57,624 nucleotides of DNA, from the IMG/VR virus record IMGVR_UViG_3300025357_000014, positions 1-57,624 of that record. The stretch is one strand, 5' to 3'. Positions 33,953 through 43,691 of the stretch are shown here, piece by piece. Under the pieces are notes generated by a model that did not search any database, was not told the DNA's origin, and saw only the letters and a program-made list of their open reading frames with translations. Each line of letters starts with the position of its first letter. Position 1 is the first letter of the stretch. Position numbers and translations under genes: made by a program. Source of the stretch: a virus. Taxonomy: Duplodnaviria; Caudoviricetes.

Positions 33953-34789
33953 CTACTGACCTGCCATCTTGCGGCGTAGACGGTCTGCAGTAGTCTCTTC
34001 CTCGATACTGACAAACTCTTCTTCTGCGTATTCGTCATCGTCAACAGAGACTGAGGAGGGTGTGGATGCCTTTGGACTGAAGGCTTCCTTCTCTTTGACA
34101 ATTCCGTGTAGCTGTGCATCGTAATACTCTTGGCTACCAATACGGTTTAGGAAAGCTTCAACATCGGGAAGGAACTTTGCGTAACGTGTATCGATGTTCT
34201 CGATCTCCTTCTTGTCAAGAGCAAAAGCCATGTATGTAGTGTCAGTTCCCTGACCTTGACGCATGATTTCAATCTCTCGCTCCTTGAGGCTACCGTACTT
34301 TTCAGTGATGACAGCAATCTGATTCCAGAAGTTACGCATACCCTGAGATACAATTCCCACGTATGGCTTCTTCTTTGTAACAGACTTACCGTCTACGGTC
34401 TCTTCATAGGTAGAAGTTACGTCACGGTATCCAGTTAACTTACGTTGACCATCAACCTCTTCGTACACTTCTTCACGGAGTACAGCAATGCCGTATCCAA
34501 CGTCACGACGGTATGCTCCAGGTGCACCCTTCTCACGAGCACAAAGCTCACAAGAAGCGTCGAACACACTGCGACATACAAACGTCTTCTTCTTCCCATC
34601 ATGTGATGGTACGTTCTCGTGGACAGGAACTACAAAGATGTCATTCGAATCTGTAAGAAAACGAAGTGCCTTTGTTTCTCCTGGTGTCCAATAGAACCAA
34701 TTTGTTTCTGTGTAAGTCTTAGGGGCTGAACCCTTTTGTGACTTTTCAATACTGGCTTTTACGGCAGCCATGCCTTTTTGCAATGCCAT
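33953..34789 (-). CDS. single-stranded DNA-binding protein (gp32-like)
   Basis: LRFL, H...C...CELC Zn motif, R.G.G.DT.Y, acidic C-terminus; lies between primase and dnaE. Confidence 0.75.
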   Translation of the reverse strand: MALQKGMAAVKASIEKSQKGSAPKTYTETNWFYWTPGETKALRFLTDSNDIFVVPVHENVPSHDGKKKTFVCRSVFDASCELCAREKGAPGAYRRDVGYGIAVLREEVYEEVDGQRKLTGYRDVTSTYEETVDGKSVTKKKPYVGIVSQGMRNFWNQIAVITEKYGSLKEREIEIMRQGQGTDTTYMAFALDKKEIENIDTRYAKFLPDVEAFLNRIGSQEYYDAQLHGIVKEKEAFSPKASTPSSVSVDDDEYAEEEFVSIEEETTADRLRRKMAGQ

Positions 34790-34844
34790 TTTAGTGTCTT
34801 TCTTTAGAAGCCCTTGGGCTGTTGGTTTTGGTTACTGCCTCGCA

Positions 34845-34873
34845 AGAGTATCAGTTTAACTTGTACAAGTCAA
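34845..34873 (-). promoter_or_regulatory. sigma70-type promoter for the SSB gene
   Basis: TTGACT-17 nt-TACTCT with a TG extension. Confidence 0.55.
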
Positions 34874-35866
34874 ATGATGCTTTAACTGATATTCAAACGA
34901 ACTTATTGGTGTAGGAATCCCCAACATGGTAGCAGGATCCTCGTCATCTGGTGTAGCAATGATACCAAGTTTTGTATAATTTTGCAATTCTTCGATTAAA
35001 TGCTCAGTGGCCATACGACCAGGTGCATCGCCATCCATAAAAATATTTACCTTACTAAAGTTCCTTAGCAGGTTAATCTGTTGTTTATCAACTTTAGCTC
35101 CAAAGGTAGCTACGATGTTATCAATGCCGCGACTCTTCAATACAAGAACACTCATAGGGCTTTCAACCACATAAATTTCATCATACATCATAGCATTGTC
35201 TAGGTTGTATAGCCAAGATCCACGAGGGAAACCCTTGGAATTGCGATATTTGGGTACCCCCGGGACGTCCTCGAGCTTACGTGCTACCCACCCTATAAGT
35301 TTACCCCTCATAAAATGTGGAAGAACGACCCTGTCTACAGGCACATTTCTTTCACCTTCTGGCGTTTTTTGAATCTCTAACCTACCTGAGTCTACCCCTG
35401 TACGCATCTGCCGTTGTACGGCCTCTGAGACCCCTCTGGAGGTCAAATAATCGCAAGAACTCTCCCATCTTCTAAGGATAGTGTCGCTATATATAGGGAT
35501 ATCGGTATAATCCTGGTGTTTGGAGACAAAAACCCCTTCTAAACGTTCAATAAAATCCTCAACAGATACAACCTTAAGTTCTGCCACCTCATTCTTTAGA
35601 TTAGCAATAGCGTCCTCACGGCTAATATTAAGGCAATTCTGGACTAACCAGATAACACTGCCACCACCACAAGTAAAACAATTGAACAAAAGAGTTTCTT
35701 TGTTGAGACTAGCTGATGGGCTGCTATCACCATTTTTATGCATACCAAACGGCAAAGGACAAGAATGGATTAACTCATCACCATTTTCTATAATTTCTCC
35801 AACTCCCAAGATATCCTGTAAAACTAATCTTGCATCTAAATTGTTAAATATTGCCGAAAGGTCCAT
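34856..35866 (-). CDS. dnaG: DNA primase (CHC2 Zn finger + Toprim)
   Basis: CPLPFGMH...FNCFTCG, KYRNS, VVES, MDGDAPG and DP motifs. Confidence 0.85.
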   Translation of the reverse strand: MDLSAIFNNLDARLVLQDILGVGEIIENGDELIHSCPLPFGMHKNGDSSPSASLNKETLLFNCFTCGGGSVIWLVQNCLNISREDAIANLKNEVAELKVVSVEDFIERLEGVFVSKHQDYTDIPIYSDTILRRWESSCDYLTSRGVSEAVQRQMRTGVDSGRLEIQKTPEGERNVPVDRVVLPHFMRGKLIGWVARKLEDVPGVPKYRNSKGFPRGSWLYNLDNAMMYDEIYVVESPMSVLVLKSRGIDNIVATFGAKVDKQQINLLRNFSKVNIFMDGDAPGRMATEHLIEELQNYTKLGIIATPDDEDPATMLGIPTPISSFEYQLKHHLTCTS

Positions 35867-35986
35867 CGTTCTTCAACTTTTCTAAAAATTCTTTGTTATC
35901 TTTCATAACTTTTTCCAAGAAAGCTTTATCTTCAGGACTTAAATCATTATAAGCTTGTTCAGATAATTTTTTTGGATCATCATTCA

Positions 35987-36190
35987 TCATAGTTTTTCTC
36001 CACAACCATTGCAAAAGTTGAAATGTTTCTTTTGTAAAAATTCATGGCTTTCTAAACATTCTTCTGGTTTAGTCGCATCCAACAATTTAATTACATCACA
36101 AGGATATTGATCAACGCAATGTTTACAAATTAAACTTCTGTCTGATTGTTGGTGTTTGTCTCGTAATGCTTGACGTTCAGTTAGGTTCAT
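35987..36190 (-). CDS. small Cys/His protein
   Basis: H...CKHC..YPC and FCNGCG motifs. Confidence 0.6.
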   Translation of the reverse strand: MNLTERQALRDKHQQSDRSLICKHCVDQYPCDVIKLLDATKPEECLESHEFLQKKHFNFCNGCGEKL

Positions 36191-36333
36191 CGTCCACGCA
36201 ACTTAAATGGATCTGTCTTGTATTCGCCTACAATACGTACTCCACAATCAGGACAAAAGATGCGATTCCAAGGACGTTCTAATTTATCTCCGTCAAGGTT
36301 TTCATATTTTTCAATGTGTGGGCATTCATTCAT
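36187..36333 (-). CDS. small zinc-ribbon protein
   Basis: MNECPH...FCPDCG; start trimmed from the track. Confidence 0.55.
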   Translation of the reverse strand: MNECPHIEKYENLDGDKLERPWNRIFCPDCGVRIVGEYKTDPFKLRGR

Positions 36334-36521
36334 TAGTACAACCACGCAAAAAACAATGAAAGCAAAAGTATCAAACCGAAAAACCCTACAATACAAAATG
36401 GTAGAAGAATAAAATACCAAAGATCTTCTCTATTTTTACCGCCATCAGAAAAAAACCATGCCATACCCATCCATATCATAAAAGGAACTACAAACTCTAA
36501 AATATGCCTAATCATTAGCAT
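36333..36521 (-). CDS. small two-TM membrane protein
   Basis: Two hydrophobic segments. Confidence 0.55.
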   Translation of the reverse strand: MLMIRHILEFVVPFMIWMGMAWFFSDGGKNREDLWYFILLPFCIVGFFGLILLLSLFFAWLY

Positions 36522-37788
36522 CCTCAAATTCTCGTACAACCTTTAACGATGTACGGTCTCTCAATTCAAATCCCATCATCCAAGATTTAAGATCACTACG
36601 TCTACTCTTCATAATATCCATAACAAGAGCTTCCTGTTGTTTCATCTCACGAGTAGCACCAATGCCAATAGCCATGTCTACAATCTGTTCGATCTGTGAG
36701 GATAGACCAATGTTACCTAGACCACCACGACCTTTTTTGTTCTTCATAGCTTCACGGTTGAACTGAGCAAGCCATACAGAAGCCATACCCATTTCACGAT
36801 TGGTACTGGCGATGTCAGTAATAACTTCAGCCATCTGCAAAGATTGCACGTTACTAGCACTACCGTATGACTTCTCTGTAGTAACCCATGACAACTGGTC
36901 ACCAACAACCATCTCCGCACCCCAGTGTTTAGCTTTAGAGTAAAGCTCTAGAACACTACGTTCATTCTTGCGTGCTGGTGAGTCAATCATGAGGTATTCA
37001 CCAAATTCCATAATTTCTTCACGTGCTTCTTTTAGACGACGAAGCTCGTTAGGTGTAAGTTGTCCACGCTCATAACGACTATACGGAACACCACTAGCTA
37101 GGCAGTCAAGGCGCATCAAAGTTAGTTCTTTACGAAGCTCCAACGATGCAAAGTACACTTTGGTCTTGCGACGTGCTGCTTCAAGAGCGATAACTGATCC
37201 TACCCATGACTTACCAACGTTAGGAATACCTACGACAACCGCAAGTTCACCCTTCTGGATACCGTACATGTGGTCGTTAAGTTCATCCCAGCCAAGGTAG
37301 ATACCTTTCTTGTCTCGAGAAGGGTTTGCTACCTCGTCCAAGTAATTGTTAACACGACGATCATAACCTTCACCATAAACTTCAAGACGCTCACGAGTAC
37401 TAGTATCGTTCTGAATCTTAGACAGGCTATTAAGTGCTAAAGCAATACCAATTTCTGGATCTTCTTCTAGTGCAGTTGCAGCCTTGAGCAGAATATTTTG
37501 AGTAGTAGCTTTACGATACTTAGTCATCATCTCTTCAATGAGAACGCATACCAAGTAATCTTTCTCAGGCCATTCGTTGCGTGCAAAATAATCTGCAAAC
37601 TTATTTTCTAGAAGTTCTTGAGTAGCTGTATCCTTGAACTCACTACGAATGTAGTAGTCAAGGCTGTATTCAAACAGTTCACGAACACCATCATCAAAGA
37701 AGTGCTCGCTGCGAACACCTTTGTTCCAAATCTCATTAAAACTATCTAAGTCAGCAAAGTGCCGTACCAAACTCTTTTCAATATCCAT
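36508..37788 (-). CDS. dnaB: DnaB-like replicative helicase
   Basis: GELAVVVGIPNVGKS, SLE, AQFNRE, KSR motifs. Confidence 0.9.
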   Translation of the reverse strand: MDIEKSLVRHFADLDSFNEIWNKGVRSEHFFDDGVRELFEYSLDYYIRSEFKDTATQELLENKFADYFARNEWPEKDYLVCVLIEEMMTKYRKATTQNILLKAATALEEDPEIGIALALNSLSKIQNDTSTRERLEVYGEGYDRRVNNYLDEVANPSRDKKGIYLGWDELNDHMYGIQKGELAVVVGIPNVGKSWVGSVIALEAARRKTKVYFASLELRKELTLMRLDCLASGVPYSRYERGQLTPNELRRLKEAREEIMEFGEYLMIDSPARKNERSVLELYSKAKHWGAEMVVGDQLSWVTTEKSYGSASNVQSLQMAEVITDIASTNREMGMASVWLAQFNREAMKNKKGRGGLGNIGLSSQIEQIVDMAIGIGATREMKQQEALVMDIMKSRRSDLKSWMMGFELRDRTSLKVVREFEDAND

Positions 37789-38588
37789 TACTGAATCTTC
37801 CTTACTGTTCCGTCCTTGATTTCATCAAGTGTACGATTACGTGCGTATTCACGGTAGTCAATTCCATCCATGTTGTGCTCAATTACTCTTTCCTTTAGGA
37901 GAGAAAATATAGCACCACCGTAACCATCCATCAATTCATCAATACCCATGTTGGTAGTAATAAACGTAGGACGATTATCCAACGCACGTTGACGCATTAC
38001 ATGGTCAAACGTTGCTTCACTCAGATTGTTCTTGGTACGGAATTCCTTACCAATGTCATCCAGAAAAAATACATCGCTCTTAACAACTTTGCTCTCAAAA
38101 CGTGCCTTGTCATCATTGCTGCCCCACCCTCTGGTGAACTCATCAACCATCTGAGTGAATGTAGCAAAGTATACACTGTAGCCAAGCTTGACCAACTCTT
38201 TAGCAATAAGACTAGTGAGCAATGTTTTGCCTGTACCCCACGTACCGTGGTAGAGAATTCCCATACCACCTTTTACAAAATCTTTGTGTTGTCCAAGATA
38301 GATCCTAGCTAACGCCAAAGCTTTCTCGTCACCATTAAAGTCTGACCAATTAAGACGTTGGTAGTTAAGACCAATACCTGCACGTGAATAATGTTTATAC
38401 AATTGCAGTTGTAGTTTACAGTCACCACATGAACCATCGGTGCATGTAGGGCATCCCTGCTTTGTAAATTTTTCAAACTGAGGATACTTCTGCTCTAAGT
38501 AATCGATTTCCTCATCATCAAGGAATTCATATTTTAGGTTGACGTAATCCTTTTCCCAATCAAACAGCGAATCGTTCAATGAAGTCAT
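37788..38588 (-). CDS. DnaC/IstB-like helicase loader
   Basis: GTWGTGKT, FFLDDIG, R.LDNRPTFITTN. Confidence 0.88.
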   Translation of the reverse strand: MTSLNDSLFDWEKDYVNLKYEFLDDEEIDYLEQKYPQFEKFTKQGCPTCTDGSCGDCKLQLQLYKHYSRAGIGLNYQRLNWSDFNGDEKALALARIYLGQHKDFVKGGMGILYHGTWGTGKTLLTSLIAKELVKLGYSVYFATFTQMVDEFTRGWGSNDDKARFESKVVKSDVFFLDDIGKEFRTKNNLSEATFDHVMRQRALDNRPTFITTNMGIDELMDGYGGAIFSLLKERVIEHNMDGIDYREYARNRTLDEIKDGTVRKIQ

Positions 38589-39021
38589 TGGTATTCATTA
38601 ATCCTTCCGTACTATTTCTATTCTCGTTCTTAAGTTTTTGTTGTTGTAGTTCAATGTACAAAGTATCCTGAATCCATTTACTACCTTTACTGAATGCTGT
38701 TGCTGTCATCACCAAATCATTGAGCTTGCCTTTGTGATTGTCAAAGAGTAGTGCAACCATGGGACCTGCGTCAAGTCCGTATCGTTCCTTAAAACTCTTA
38801 AAGATAGCTGATTCTTTTACCCATTCAATATTGTAAGTGTAACCATGTGTTTCTTTGAACCGATCAGCAAAGTATATGAGTAAATCACGAGGTTGAGCAT
38901 TTGCTAGATCAATACCAGCTACCAACTCTTCCTTGCTTTCTGCTACTTTTATTACAACAATTTCATCGTAGCTATCACTGTCATAGTTGACAGGTTCACC
39001 ATCAAAACTTTTCTTTTCCAT
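38560..39021 (-). CDS. hypothetical replication-region protein (initiator-like)
   Basis: ATG 39021 follows GAGGAG; directly upstream of the DnaC-like gene. Confidence 0.6.
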   Translation of the reverse strand: MEKKSFDGEPVNYDSDSYDEIVVIKVAESKEELVAGIDLANAQPRDLLIYFADRFKETHGYTYNIEWVKESAIFKSFKERYGLDAGPMVALLFDNHKGKLNDLVMTATAFSKGSKWIQDTLYIELQQQKLKNENRNSTEGLMNTNDFIERFAV

Positions 39022-39373
39022 TTCTCGCTCCTCTGACTGATGCAAACTTATCACAAATGTCTGAGAAGATCTGGATCTTTTTGCTAACCCAATCGCGTGT
39101 CTCAGACTCAAGATCGTTTAGGTTTTTCCCATTAGGGCCAAGCGCTGATATGTTCTTTCGGTTGATCAACAAGAAACGCCACTGTGCATCATAGTCATTC
39201 GAGTCATTCTCTTCATGGCCATAGAGTTGAATCCATTGTTCATCAAGACCACATAGGTAACCTCTGTAAACAAATCCATCGCTGAATACTTGTACCTCTT
39301 GTCGTCTACCAGCAATAATGGCAAGGTTTCTTTCAAATACCATGTCACCAGCTTGTGCTAATTTATTTTCCAT
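39002..39373 (-). CDS. Sm/Hfq-like RNA-binding protein
   Basis: N-terminal helix then VQVFSDGFVYRGYLCGLDEQWIQL (Sm1) and LLINRKNISALGP (Sm2), aligning by eye with Hfq. Confidence 0.6.
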   Translation of the reverse strand: MENKLAQAGDMVFERNLAIIAGRRQEVQVFSDGFVYRGYLCGLDEQWIQLYGHEENDSNDYDAQWRFLLINRKNISALGPNGKNLNDLESETRDWVSKKIQIFSDICDKFASVRGARNGKEKF

Positions 39374-39645
39374 TAATCATTACCCGTTCCTGTATTAAAC
39401 CAATTGTTAAAATCAAGGATAAGATCGTTGACTTTATTGTTGTTGCTTGAATCAAAAATATTGTATTCATACTTCTTTTTCTTTTTTACGGTAAGCATTT
39501 TGGCACACTGCCATGCAAATACAAATGGCAATACAATAATTGCAATTGGCAGCAACATTAAATACGCAATAGAAAGTGGAATAAACAAAAAAAATCTTAA
39601 TAGTTTTGAATCAGGCAAACTTTCCATAAAATTTTTAGATTCCAT
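39373..39645 (-). CDS. membrane protein
   Basis: Long hydrophobic segment followed by KKKKK. Confidence 0.6.
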   Translation of the reverse strand: MESKNFMESLPDSKLLRFFLFIPLSIAYLMLLPIAIIVLPFVFAWQCAKMLTVKKKKKYEYNIFDSSNNNKVNDLILDFNNWFNTGTGND

Positions 39646-39647
39646 TT

Positions 39648-39872
39648 TTATTTAACACCTTTCTTTGTACCATAAAACTTAGACCATTCTTTCTTAGGAG
39701 CATGATCAATTTTAATTGGTTTGTTCTTGTCAATTTCACGTAGTTCATCATAAATCAAGCTCATAGCGTAGTTCAGACCTTCTGCATAACCAGAATTCCA
39801 ATCACCTTTGAAACTGACCATAAGATTCCAACGTTCCATCATTTTCTTACGTAGTTCGTTTAATTCTTTCAT
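39648..39872 (-). CDS. hypothetical protein
   Basis: 74-aa ORF with AAGGAG SD. Confidence 0.65.
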   Translation of the reverse strand: MKELNELRKKMMERWNLMVSFKGDWNSGYAEGLNYAMSLIYDELREIDKNKPIKIDHAPKKEWSKFYGTKKGVK

Positions 39873-39893
39873 ACTTTCTCCTTACTTATATTT

Positions 39894-40946
39894 TTATATA
39901 AGACCATCTGTGCCCATGTCATCACTGACATAGATATTAAAATCATCTAATGTATCGTATTGCTCAAAAAAATCTGGAAATTGCATATCGCCAATGTGGC
40001 ATATACGAGGTATCATGTTATCTTCCATGATATCAATAACATCCTCGTCATCCCAATCGACGGCGACAGTTCCTATGTTTTCTCTCCATTTTTCTACAAA
40101 CTCTTCAATATCATCAAGATTATCAACAAATACTAATCTTACATCACCGTAGAGTGTAGCAAAAAGTTCTTTAGATTTCAAATGAAAAGAACGAACATAT
40201 TTTGCGTAATAAGAAGCACCCAGTACTTCTCGTGTAAGATCACTCTTGCGTGTAAACGGCAACTTGCTCCTGTAAGCTTCTATAAATGGAGCGTAATTAA
40301 CCATTATATTCATAGCAAAACTTTCAATTAAACTAGCTGAATATTCTCCAACAATAAAATAAAATTTTGGTGCCAATCTTCCTTCACCATAATAACAAAA
40401 AAAGTCAAAACATATTTCGTTAATAATTGATTGACCAAGATCTTCCGCCCTAACTACACCAAAACCAAAACTCAAACCGTGTTCCCATATGTGACGATCT
40501 ACGGTTTCGTATTCACGCCATTTTTCTATAGTTTGATCATCACCATAAACAATGATATCGGTAGCTTTTTCAATCTCATCCCTCCAGTCTTTACTTAAAT
40601 TTAAAAAATCAAGGGGATTAGCAAACAATTTAGTTTCTATGTCTTTTGCATAATACTCAAAAACATTCTGTACAAGGAACATTTCATCTAATGTTTGTAC
40701 GTATACACTAACGCTTTCTGGACCAGCCAATTTAATACACAAGTACACGCTTTTAGCTATAAGCCCTGGTCTTTCCTTGCCGCCAGCTATAATAAACCTT
40801 CTATTAGTTTTTTCTGAATATTCATCAAATGAATGAGGAACTCTTAACGATTCAATTAACATACGATAGTCGTCTTCTAAAAATCTACCGTATTGTTCCA
40901 GTACAACTGGCATATCCAATGAAGGATTAATAATCCAATTAGCCAT
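39894..40946 (-). CDS. LuxC/acyl-CoA-reductase-like protein, apparently degenerate
   Basis: ATDIIVYGDDQTI, D...YYGEGRLAPK (family pattern D...DQxGCxSP) and RICHIGDMQ.P resemble LuxC; Arg occupies the catalytic Cys position. Confidence 0.6.
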   Translation of the reverse strand: MANWIINPSLDMPVVLEQYGRFLEDDYRMLIESLRVPHSFDEYSEKTNRRFIIAGGKERPGLIAKSVYLCIKLAGPESVSVYVQTLDEMFLVQNVFEYYAKDIETKLFANPLDFLNLSKDWRDEIEKATDIIVYGDDQTIEKWREYETVDRHIWEHGLSFGFGVVRAEDLGQSIINEICFDFFCYYGEGRLAPKFYFIVGEYSASLIESFAMNIMVNYAPFIEAYRSKLPFTRKSDLTREVLGASYYAKYVRSFHLKSKELFATLYGDVRLVFVDNLDDIEEFVEKWRENIGTVAVDWDDEDVIDIMEDNMIPRICHIGDMQFPDFFEQYDTLDDFNIYVSDDMGTDGLI

Positions 40947-40948
40947 TT

Positions 40949-41902
40949 TTAAGTTAGACTCCTGCCAAAGTTTCTCACATCATTCCAAAGATTGTTGTGA
41001 TACCAGCGACTTCTAATCTGCGTAAAACCAAGGTTAACAAATAATTCATCCAAAGCTCTGGCGTTAGGACCACCATGACGTACTGGTGTAAATTGAAGAT
41101 CACCCAATGGAGGAAATGGCAATTCATCGTCTACATCAAGCTCAATAAGTCGCTTAGCCATTTTTACAACATCAATGTTATCTTTAATTTTTGCATCATC
41201 TAATTTAAGAACAGTATCTAGGTCACCATGCTCGGCAATAAGCTTGGTAGCTTTCTTAGGACCAATACCTGGGATACCTTTGACATTGTCACCTTTGTCA
41301 CCCATAAGTGCCCAGATCTCTGACAATCTTTCTGGTGCTATGCCCCATTCATTTTTTATAGCTTCTGTATCGTATACTTCAGCATCAATATCTTTATAAC
41401 TGATGCTTGGTTTAACAACAATAATATTTTCACGAATTAATTGGTGTAAATCGTGGTCTGCACTAACAATAATAATTTTATCAAAAATGGTGGAATGTTT
41501 AAGTGCTGCAGTAGCAATAATATCATCAGCCTCAACACCTTCCAAACTCATGTAAGGTATACCACTCTTCAAACATAAATTCATAAACGTAGCCATTTGT
41601 GGTTTGAATTCAGTGGCAAATGCATCATCAATAGCAGTACGTGGTTTGTCGCTAGCTTTATGGCGATTAGCTTTATATTGGGGATCAATAGCTAGACGTT
41701 TAGTACTACGACCTTTATCGAATGCAATAAGAACGTGACTAGGTTCATATTTTCTAATCATGCTGGTTATAACGTTGTATGCACCATAAGCGCCCCACGT
41801 ACCTTCTCCATTGGGAGCACTAAGACCATGACGCATTAAACCGCTGAAACTACGGATAAAAATATTATGTCCGTCAATTAATAGTAATGTTTTTTTATTC
41901 AT
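40949..41902 (-). CDS. 5'-3' exonuclease / flap endonuclease (PolA N-terminal-like)
   Basis: LLIDGHN, AFD, YKANR, EADDIIAT, SADHDL, GDKGDNVKGIPGIGPKKA motifs. Confidence 0.92.
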   Translation of the reverse strand: MNKKTLLLIDGHNIFIRSFSGLMRHGLSAPNGEGTWGAYGAYNVITSMIRKYEPSHVLIAFDKGRSTKRLAIDPQYKANRHKASDKPRTAIDDAFATEFKPQMATFMNLCLKSGIPYMSLEGVEADDIIATAALKHSTIFDKIIIVSADHDLHQLIRENIIVVKPSISYKDIDAEVYDTEAIKNEWGIAPERLSEIWALMGDKGDNVKGIPGIGPKKATKLIAEHGDLDTVLKLDDAKIKDNIDVVKMAKRLIELDVDDELPFPPLGDLQFTPVRHGGPNARALDELFVNLGFTQIRSRWYHNNLWNDVRNFGRSLT

Positions 41903-42233
41903 TGTCGTAATTGCCTTTGCGATATCTCTTGCGACTTTTCTTTATAGGTTCTTTAAAGGCATCAACTCTTAAGATGATTAACCGAAGTTGACGGTCTGTC
42001 ATCTTATCCACTTTCCTAAGAAAGTGAGCTATCTTCAGTATATCATTCAAGCTATACATACGTGTGCCTGCAGCACTTCTTTGAATATCTATGTGATTCT
42101 TGTAATGACGTTCTTTAGCACGGAATGCTTCTGGTCGTAAATCAAAGAATGCTGCAGCCATACCCTGTGTGTACATGGGAATGTTATCGCGTATTGATGG
42201 TGTGCGTTGTGGTCTTTTAGAGACTTCTGACAT
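41895..42233 (-). CDS. MerR-like HTH DNA-binding protein
   Basis: YTQGMAAAFF...RSAAGTRMYSLNDILKIA; start trimmed from the track. Confidence 0.65.
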   Translation of the reverse strand: MSEVSKRPQRTPSIRDNIPMYTQGMAAAFFDLRPEAFRAKERHYKNHIDIQRSAAGTRMYSLNDILKIAHFLRKVDKMTDRQLRLIILRVDAFKEPIKKSRKRYRKGNYDNE

Positions 42234-42906
42234 AAAATGCTGAACGCACCTTACCTGGAGTAGTAGCTTGAACGATTTGTTCCATACCAATATTGCCAAG
42301 TTTAAGTTGCTTTTCTAATGCATCTTCGTTAAGTTCATGGACAATAGATGCAACAGTAGTAACTTTGCCATCTGGGGTCTGAGTTTTAGTAATAGTCTCT
42401 ACGACATTAACAACTGACTTAAATTGATCATCATCCAGAATTTTTTCAAGAAGATCAATGTCCACAGCAAGTTTTCCACCAGATACTTCTTTGGAGAGTT
42501 TGATACCATTCTCAGGACTAACAAGGTATCCACTGGTGGAAGCAGGATCATCGCCTTGCATGTTAATTTTAAGGTCAATGACTTCAGTAGCATACTTCTT
42601 AATAGCAGCTTCACGTCCTTCAACAATGTCTTTAGCCGTACGAACTGCTACAAGCTCAGCAGCAAGCATATCAATTTCTACTGGGGCCAATGGTCGAACT
42701 TCACTGAGATCACTTGTATACATAACTTCATTGAGTACACTGAATGCTTCTACGGCTACTACGAGGCCATTCTCGTCAGCACTGTTGCGACGAATGTCAG
42801 CTCTGGTTGGAGCTTTGGCTGATTCCCCATAGGTAGGTTCCGTAACCTCCCGAAGGTTGGTAGTAGTAACTTCCTTCTTCTTGGGCATAATATAATTTTG
42901 TGGCAT
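42217..42906 (-). CDS. hypothetical protein
   Basis: 229-aa ORF with TAAGGAG SD and its own promoter. Confidence 0.75.
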   Translation of the reverse strand: MPQNYIMPKKKEVTTTNLREVTEPTYGESAKAPTRADIRRNSADENGLVVAVEAFSVLNEVMYTSDLSEVRPLAPVEIDMLAAELVAVRTAKDIVEGREAAIKKYATEVIDLKINMQGDDPASTSGYLVSPENGIKLSKEVSGGKLAVDIDLLEKILDDDQFKSVVNVVETITKTQTPDGKVTTVASIVHELNEDALEKQLKLGNIGMEQIVQATTPGKVRSAFYVRSL

Positions 42907-42935
42907 TTCTATTCTCCTTACTTAGGTTTGTACTT

Positions 42936-42964
42936 ATAGTAACATAATAGTTATTAGGAATCAA
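42936..42964 (-). promoter_or_regulatory. sigma70-type promoter
   Basis: TTGATT-17 nt-TACTAT with a TG extension. Confidence 0.5.
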
Positions 42965-42969
42965 ATCGG

Positions 42970-43542
42970 CTACGCCTTTCTGATTTCCATGCTTTTTGTG
43001 GTTACGTAGTAGATATCTCCACCAACACCTAAAGCGGTTTTTGTTGCAACACGAGCAGCTTTAATAACATCTGCTTTAGTCCATGGACCAGTATCACCTA
43101 GACTGCCAAAAGCTTCGCTAGAACCTGATCCCATTGCCCATCTTCCACTAACTGGAATAGTAACTGAAAAGTCTTCATCAATTGAAATCAATGTATTATC
43201 CCAAGCCATAATAATGCCAGCATCGAATGTTTGAATTTTTTTAGAAGTTTCCAAAGCACCGTGTTCATCAAGAGCAGTTCTCATGGACGGAACAACATCT
43301 TTAACAACAAATTGTTCAACATGATCACAATGAAATTCACGAAATTCTGGCCATTCAGTCCAATGTTGTACTACCTGCATTGCTCTAACACTACCACAAC
43401 CACCAAAAATAAACTTACGTTCTTTGTCAATCCACAATTTGCTAGGTCCCTCATCACTCTTAGAATAGTCCCAAGAAAATTGAGAATCAGCAGCTATAAC
43501 AATACCGTCTTGTTTTGTAATTGCAGCAGCCAATACTGTCAT
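42970..43542 (-). CDS. HslV/proteasome-beta-like Ntn protease
   Basis: N-terminal nucleophile Thr (MTV), AADS, conserved K, GxxGS and AMGSGS motifs. Confidence 0.82.
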   Translation of the reverse strand: MTVLAAAITKQDGIVIAADSQFSWDYSKSDEGPSKLWIDKERKFIFGGCGSVRAMQVVQHWTEWPEFREFHCDHVEQFVVKDVVPSMRTALDEHGALETSKKIQTFDAGIIMAWDNTLISIDEDFSVTIPVSGRWAMGSGSSEAFGSLGDTGPWTKADVIKAARVATKTALGVGGDIYYVTTKSMEIRKA

Positions 43543-43544
43543 GA

Positions 43545-43691
43545 TTATCCTTTTTTAAGAGTAGCGTTCACTTGAATCTTTTGAATGTTTACATTCTCAG
43601 GATTCTTAATATTTTTTTTGGCATACTCAGCTTCTGAGTAAACGCCAACTACTTTGTTCTTTTCCTTAGTGGTTACAACCCAAACTTGCAT
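43545..43691 (-). CDS. small hypothetical protein (48 aa)
   Basis: Hand-translated MQVWVVTTKEKNKVVGVYSEAEYAKK... Confidence 0.55.
   Translation of the reverse strand: MQVWVVTTKEKNKVVGVYSEAEYAKKNIKNPENVNIQKIQVNATLKKG

Noticed and set aside
12603-37788. Inteins or introns in terL, recA, dnaE or dnaB
   Set aside because: Lengths are ordinary and no intein splice-junction or LAGLIDADG motifs are visible.
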